From: a bacterium
GTDB taxonomy: Bacteria > Babelota > Babeliae > Babelales > JABCYS01
Direction of reading: 5' to 3'
Length of the DNA stretch: 10,799 bases
Assembly (NCBI GenBank): GCA_027452085.1
Contig: DAIDHG010000033.1
Coordinates: 1 to 10,799, forward strand
Shown: piece by piece, positions 7,362 through 10,799 of the stretch
Position numbering within the stretch: the first letter of the stretch is position 1
Layout: each line of letters starts with the position of its first letter
Notes under the pieces: generated by a model
Databases searched by the model: none
What the model saw: the letters and a program-made list of their open reading frames with translations, nothing else
What the model was told of the DNA's origin: nothing
Made by a program: the position numbers and the translations under genes

Positions 7362-8876
7362 ATGTATTGGCCAAAAGGGTGTTTGGCAACACTACTTATT
7401 ACCGTATTTCTATTTCAGCCGTGTATAGCCTCCAGCGCAAGCTCTACAACGTATTATGAGTTTCAGGTAAATAGTGCCACCGATGGCGATCAACTCATAC
7501 CACGAGTTGCCGGCAGGCCTGATGGCAAGTTCTATGTGCTCTGGACCAATGCAACAAGCCAGACGTGTCGATATCGCCTCGCAACTGAAAGTGGATATTT
7601 TGTTACTGGCGAAACCCAAATCTCTTCAATTGCTACCGCACAACAATCATTACCATCGATTGCTTCTTTTAGTGATGGCAGTGCGTTTGTTACGTGGGTA
7701 GATAATAACTACAACATTAAGTGGCGCATCATTAATGCGAACGGCAAACCAAGCGGGAAAGACGTTTTGCTGCTCAGTGGCAACGATATGTATGCCAGCA
7801 GCTGCGTGATCACCTTGCAAGGCGGCGCGAGCGTTTTTGTGGTAACCAATTATCAATATCAGCCTGGCGTATTCAGATTTTACGGGCAAGAGTTTGATCG
7901 CACCGGCAATATAGTGGCAAGTTCAGTGCTCGTTGACTCGCGTCGACTCACGAGCGGTACCTACACTGCTCTACAAGCGCCAAATGGTAATATTTTCTTT
8001 GTTCAGTGTTTAAGCCCGTCAGAGCTCGCCTTACGATTCTTTCTATTAAATCAAAATCTGGTTACAAATTTTAGCTTTTCAGATTTTCCCTTGCATACAT
8101 CGGCCTTAGATCAAGAATATTTGGCATGTGGTGCGTTTGCTAATAACAATATTTTTGCTGCATGGGTGCATGTCAATGCCGACGGATCTACGCAGCTCGC
8201 CGGCGGTCTCTTTAATGGGTATACCGGCCGTGCCGTTAAAACATCTATCAACCTCTCGAGCAACCTTTATTCTGCCGTCCTTTCAAGGGTTGCCGGGGTC
8301 AGCAGCGCTGTTTTTAATAATGGTAATAATATGTTGATTGTGTTTGCTGCACAGAAATTTTCATACAGCGATTTTGATATCTATGGCAGTATCGTAGATA
8401 GCTCTGGCAGTGTGTACGGCCCATTTTTGATTAATCAAGAAACAGCCGGCGATCAGTTAAATCCAGCAGCTTGTGCCTTGCCGAATGGCGATATGTTTGT
8501 GGCATGGCAGGGCAATCAGGCGGGCGTAAATAACATCTTTGGCATTTCCGTAAGTGCCGCACAATTGCAAAGCGTTATCAGCGCAGCCACGATATCGTTA
8601 TCCCAATCTAATACAGGATCAAATTCTGAGGATGGCAATCGAAGGCCAACGTCAACCGAGGGCACGGTAATGCCTGCACCTGTTGCAACAGTGGATCAGG
8701 CACCGGTGCAAAATGATACAAGTTCGGCCATCTCCGATTTGCAGACGAAAGTGAATGTGTTGCTTGGTGGCGTAGGCGGTATGGTTGTGGTCGGAGGGGT
8801 GTCTTGTCTGTATAAGATTTTTGAAGGCATTCAATCGTGGCGAGCAAAACGATCGGCGAAGGTGCGTCCCATCTGA
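7362..8876 (+). CDS. paralog 5 (504 aa): signal peptide, 7-repeat propeller-like domain, S/T/P-rich stalk, C-terminal TM helix, short basic tail; no H domain
   Basis: Signal-like MYWPKGCLATLLITVFLFQPCIA. Repeats ~7455-8552 (EFQVNSATDGDQLIPRVAGRPDGKFYVLW ... FLINQETAGDQLNPAACALPNGDMFVAW). TM VLLGGVGGMVVVGGVSCLYKIF ~8757-8822. Ends WRAKRSAKVRPI. Confidence 0.9.
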   Translation: MYWPKGCLATLLITVFLFQPCIASSASSTTYYEFQVNSATDGDQLIPRVAGRPDGKFYVLWTNATSQTCRYRLATESGYFVTGETQISSIATAQQSLPSIASFSDGSAFVTWVDNNYNIKWRIINANGKPSGKDVLLLSGNDMYASSCVITLQGGASVFVVTNYQYQPGVFRFYGQEFDRTGNIVASSVLVDSRRLTSGTYTALQAPNGNIFFVQCLSPSELALRFFLLNQNLVTNFSFSDFPLHTSALDQEYLACGAFANNNIFAAWVHVNADGSTQLAGGLFNGYTGRAVKTSINLSSNLYSAVLSRVAGVSSAVFNNGNNMLIVFAAQKFSYSDFDIYGSIVDSSGSVYGPFLINQETAGDQLNPAACALPNGDMFVAWQGNQAGVNNIFGISVSAAQLQSVISAATISLSQSNTGSNSEDGNRRPTSTEGTVMPAPVATVDQAPVQNDTSSAISDLQTKVNVLLGGVGGMVVVGGVSCLYKIFEGIQSWRAKRSAKVRPI

Positions 8877-8879
8877 TAT

Positions 8880-10412
8880 TTATTGAGATGGCTGCTCTTG
8901 GTTGATCGTGGTCCTACGAGCGCCGGGAATTGGTTGCGGTTCGGCAGTAATAATACCGCCTTGCCAAGCATCGCCGCGCAACCGCCAAATGTACACACAA
9001 ATCATGATCAGATGACCAAAATAGAATGTGCCGTAGATAAGGAAGAATTTCATCATGCCTTGTACGGCCGGTGAAGCAGAGATGAAATAGGTTATGGGGA
9101 AAACGAATCCAAAAAAAACGGAAATGCGGGTGATCATCACGGTGCGCACATTGGTTGCCCCGCGCAGCGCGCCCGATAGAATAATTTGCCCTACATCAAA
9201 GAAGGCCAACACGCTAATATATGGCAACGCACGGGAAGCAAAGGCGGTAAACTCTTGGTTGTGATCAAACCATGGCAAGATCTTGTGAGCGTAGACACAG
9301 CATATAGTTAAAATGCCCATCACTACTACAATGGCTAAGAATAATACTTTTTTAATGTTGCTTTTTATGCCCTGCCAATCTCGCCGGCTGTAAGAATTAC
9401 TCACCAAGAAGGTGATCACGCTGGCAAATGCTATGGCAGGCAGAAAGGCAAACCGTTCAAGATCTTTAATTACCCCAAAGCTGGCAATCACCGTTTCGCC
9501 CATCGAAGCGACCATGGAGCCAAGCCAAATATATGAAGCCGCAAATGACGCCTTATCAAGAATTGCAGGCCAACTCAAACGATAAATCAATTTGATGGTG
9601 CTCCACTCAACCAGGCGGGGCTTGAGCGAGATATGATATTTCTCATTATCTTTGTGAAAGAGGATGTAGCTCAGCGTGATCACCGACATGATGCCATATT
9701 GGATCGCATCGCCAGCCGCAGAAGCATACACTCCTAAACAAGGGAAGCCCCATTTGCCATAAAGCAATGCATAATCAAAGAAAACAAAGCAGGCGCCGCC
9801 CACAATAAAAATCTTCATGAGCGCCTTGGCATTTTTAACGCCACGCAAAAAGCTTGAGAGTGAGACAGAAAGAAACATAAAAAAGAGGCCCAGCGCCTTA
9901 AGTCGTAGCAGCGGTACTGCTAAAGCGATCATGTTGCTTGGCATGCCATACCAGGTGCAAATAGCATGCGCGCCGAAGATAAAAATGGCAGATAATAGTC
10001 CGCCCATGGCCGCTGTTACCCAGAAAATATCCCGCATAGTCTGCCCGGCAACGGCATACTTGCCGATGCCATTATATTGACCACACAGCACAATCGCGCC
10101 GATGGTTAACCCCTCGGCCATCTTTTTCATAAAATGCACAAAGTTGGATACTACGCTCAAGGTAGCATAGGCCGTTGTTGACTTAAGACCAGCCACCAAC
10201 AGGGAATCAATCATGGGAAGAAAGGCGGTGAACATCATCGCCGAGATCAGCTCGGGCCAGAAATAGCCAAAAATGTTTGCATAGGATTCGCCGTTGGTAA
10301 AATCTTTTAACCCCGCCCAAAAGCTTTTAAAAATCTGCTCTTTTTGCTGCTCATGAGGTGTTTGCGGAGGTGCATCATGCACATTGACCGAGCTTTTTTG
10401 TTTTTCGATCAT
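8880..10412 (-). CDS. MATE-family (MatE; NorM/DinF-like) multidrug efflux transporter, ~510 aa
   Basis: About 12 hydrophobic segments in two homologous halves. Family-typical motifs: MIDSLLVAGL (TM1 Asp), LCGQYNGIGK, SFLRGVKNAK, FFDYALLYGKWGFPCLGV, FLPAIAFASVITFLVS, ILSGALRGATNVR. ATG at 10412 is preceded by SD-like GGGAGAG and is preferred over the track start at 10466. Confidence 0.93.
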   Translation of the reverse strand: MIEKQKSSVNVHDAPPQTPHEQQKEQIFKSFWAGLKDFTNGESYANIFGYFWPELISAMMFTAFLPMIDSLLVAGLKSTTAYATLSVVSNFVHFMKKMAEGLTIGAIVLCGQYNGIGKYAVAGQTMRDIFWVTAAMGGLLSAIFIFGAHAICTWYGMPSNMIALAVPLLRLKALGLFFMFLSVSLSSFLRGVKNAKALMKIFIVGGACFVFFDYALLYGKWGFPCLGVYASAAGDAIQYGIMSVITLSYILFHKDNEKYHISLKPRLVEWSTIKLIYRLSWPAILDKASFAASYIWLGSMVASMGETVIASFGVIKDLERFAFLPAIAFASVITFLVSNSYSRRDWQGIKSNIKKVLFLAIVVVMGILTICCVYAHKILPWFDHNQEFTAFASRALPYISVLAFFDVGQIILSGALRGATNVRTVMITRISVFFGFVFPITYFISASPAVQGMMKFFLIYGTFYFGHLIMICVYIWRLRGDAWQGGIITAEPQPIPGARRTTINQEQPSQ

Positions 10413-10437
10413 GAGATACTCTCCCGGCGGTCTGCAC

Positions 10438-10797
10438 CTAATTGAGGCTATTATATTGATTAACAACGGCTAAAAGTGGGTAAAGTATTAAAAAAAGAAT
10501 CGAAAAAGTAAATTTTTGGCCGCTTTTCCCATTTGATACATGGTTAATTGCTCGGTTTAGGATTTCTTTATATTTAAATGAAACTGTATTGAGGTTTGAT
10601 TCTTTGCATCCGTTAAAGGCTAATTCTTTCTGTAGTCTTTTTGTGGCAGTTGGCTGGCTGTTTTTCTGCCATAGCTTAAGCTCTGATTCAATACGAATTG
10701 ATTTTCTATGGAAGGGGCTTTTGTGGTCTTCTGTTAAAAAAGCTAATGTGTTTATCCGTATGATCAGGACTTCCGCAAATGAATGAAAGATCCGTCT
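10438..10797 (-). CDS. possible 3' end of an upstream gene (119 open codons from the window edge) with a hydrophobic C-terminal segment
   Basis: Manual translation: RRIFHSFAEVLIIRINTLAFLTEDHKSPF...KFTFSILFLILYPLLAVVNQYNSLN*. There is no in-frame ATG/GTG/TTG, so it is missing from the ORF track. It stops 25 bp before the MATE ATG on the same strand. No recognisable domain. Confidence 0.3.
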   Translation of the reverse strand, partial: RRIFHSFAEVLIIRINTLAFLTEDHKSPFHRKSIRIESELKLWQKNSQPTATKRLQKELAFNGCKESNLNTVSFKYKEILNRAINHVSNGKSGQKFTFSILFLILYPLLAVVNQYNSLN

Positions 10798-10799
10798 AG

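Noticed and set aside
7362..7430. Lipoprotein signal in gene5 (LFQPC)
   Set aside because: FQPC does not match the lipobox [LVI][ASTVI][GAS]C; cleavage after CIA or ASSA is more plausible.
3..8876. Diversity-generating retroelement, CRISPR array or recombinase-driven cassette switching as the source of variation
   Set aside because: No reverse transcriptase, recombinase or cas gene, and I saw no near-identical nucleotide repeats; similarity is at the protein level.
553..10080. Short alternative-frame and antisense ORFs in the track (e.g. 553-777, 1333-1677, 5983-6261, 6661-7089, 9817-10080)
   Set aside because: They lie within or opposite longer genes supported by paralogy or family motifs, and show no recognisable domains.
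10413..10466. N-terminal extension of MATE from the track start at 10466
   Set aside because: ATG10412 has an SD-like GGGAGAG; the extension would cover the RBS and a TATAAT box.
10688..10715. TCAAT-ACGA-ATTGA palindrome and a third ATGGAAGG (10708-10715)
   Set aside because: Arms are only 5 bp and no substantial ORF follows; consistent with chance.
10589..10786. 65-aa + strand ORF
   Set aside because: TTG start without a clear SD, no recognisable features, and it overlaps a longer - strand open frame.

Overview
Bacterial-type DNA (sigma70-like promoters, Shine-Dalgarno sites). Bases 1-8876 hold a tandem, co-oriented (+ strand) array of five divergent paralogous genes for predicted exported or membrane proteins, built from two modules. 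Module P is an extracytoplasmic ~7-repeat beta-propeller-like domain (repeat consensus F.IN....GDQ..P.VA..PDG.FFV.W). Module H is a ~145-aa, probably helical domain I cannot assign to a known family (K.R..KKF.DL.R.KL.L...DF...EGRD.C ... FD..KCD..Q..A.A..FA..L..H ... LY..LI..C....VNP.R), present six times. Architectures: gene1 (5'-truncated) P-TM-H; gene2 P-TM-H-H; gene3 P-TM-H; gene4 signal-H-H (no P, no TM); gene5 P-TM with a short tail (no H). Genes 2 and 3 appear to carry two tandem signal-like peptides, and the tails carry eukaryote-like linear motifs (PPPLPKKP, terminal KVRPI). This suggests, by inference only, a receptor-like host-interaction family of a protist-associated bacterium. The array abuts a convergent MATE-family efflux gene (8880-10412, - strand). 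An unannotated open frame runs from the right edge to 10438 on the - strand. No RNA genes, CRISPR arrays or mobile-element genes were seen.
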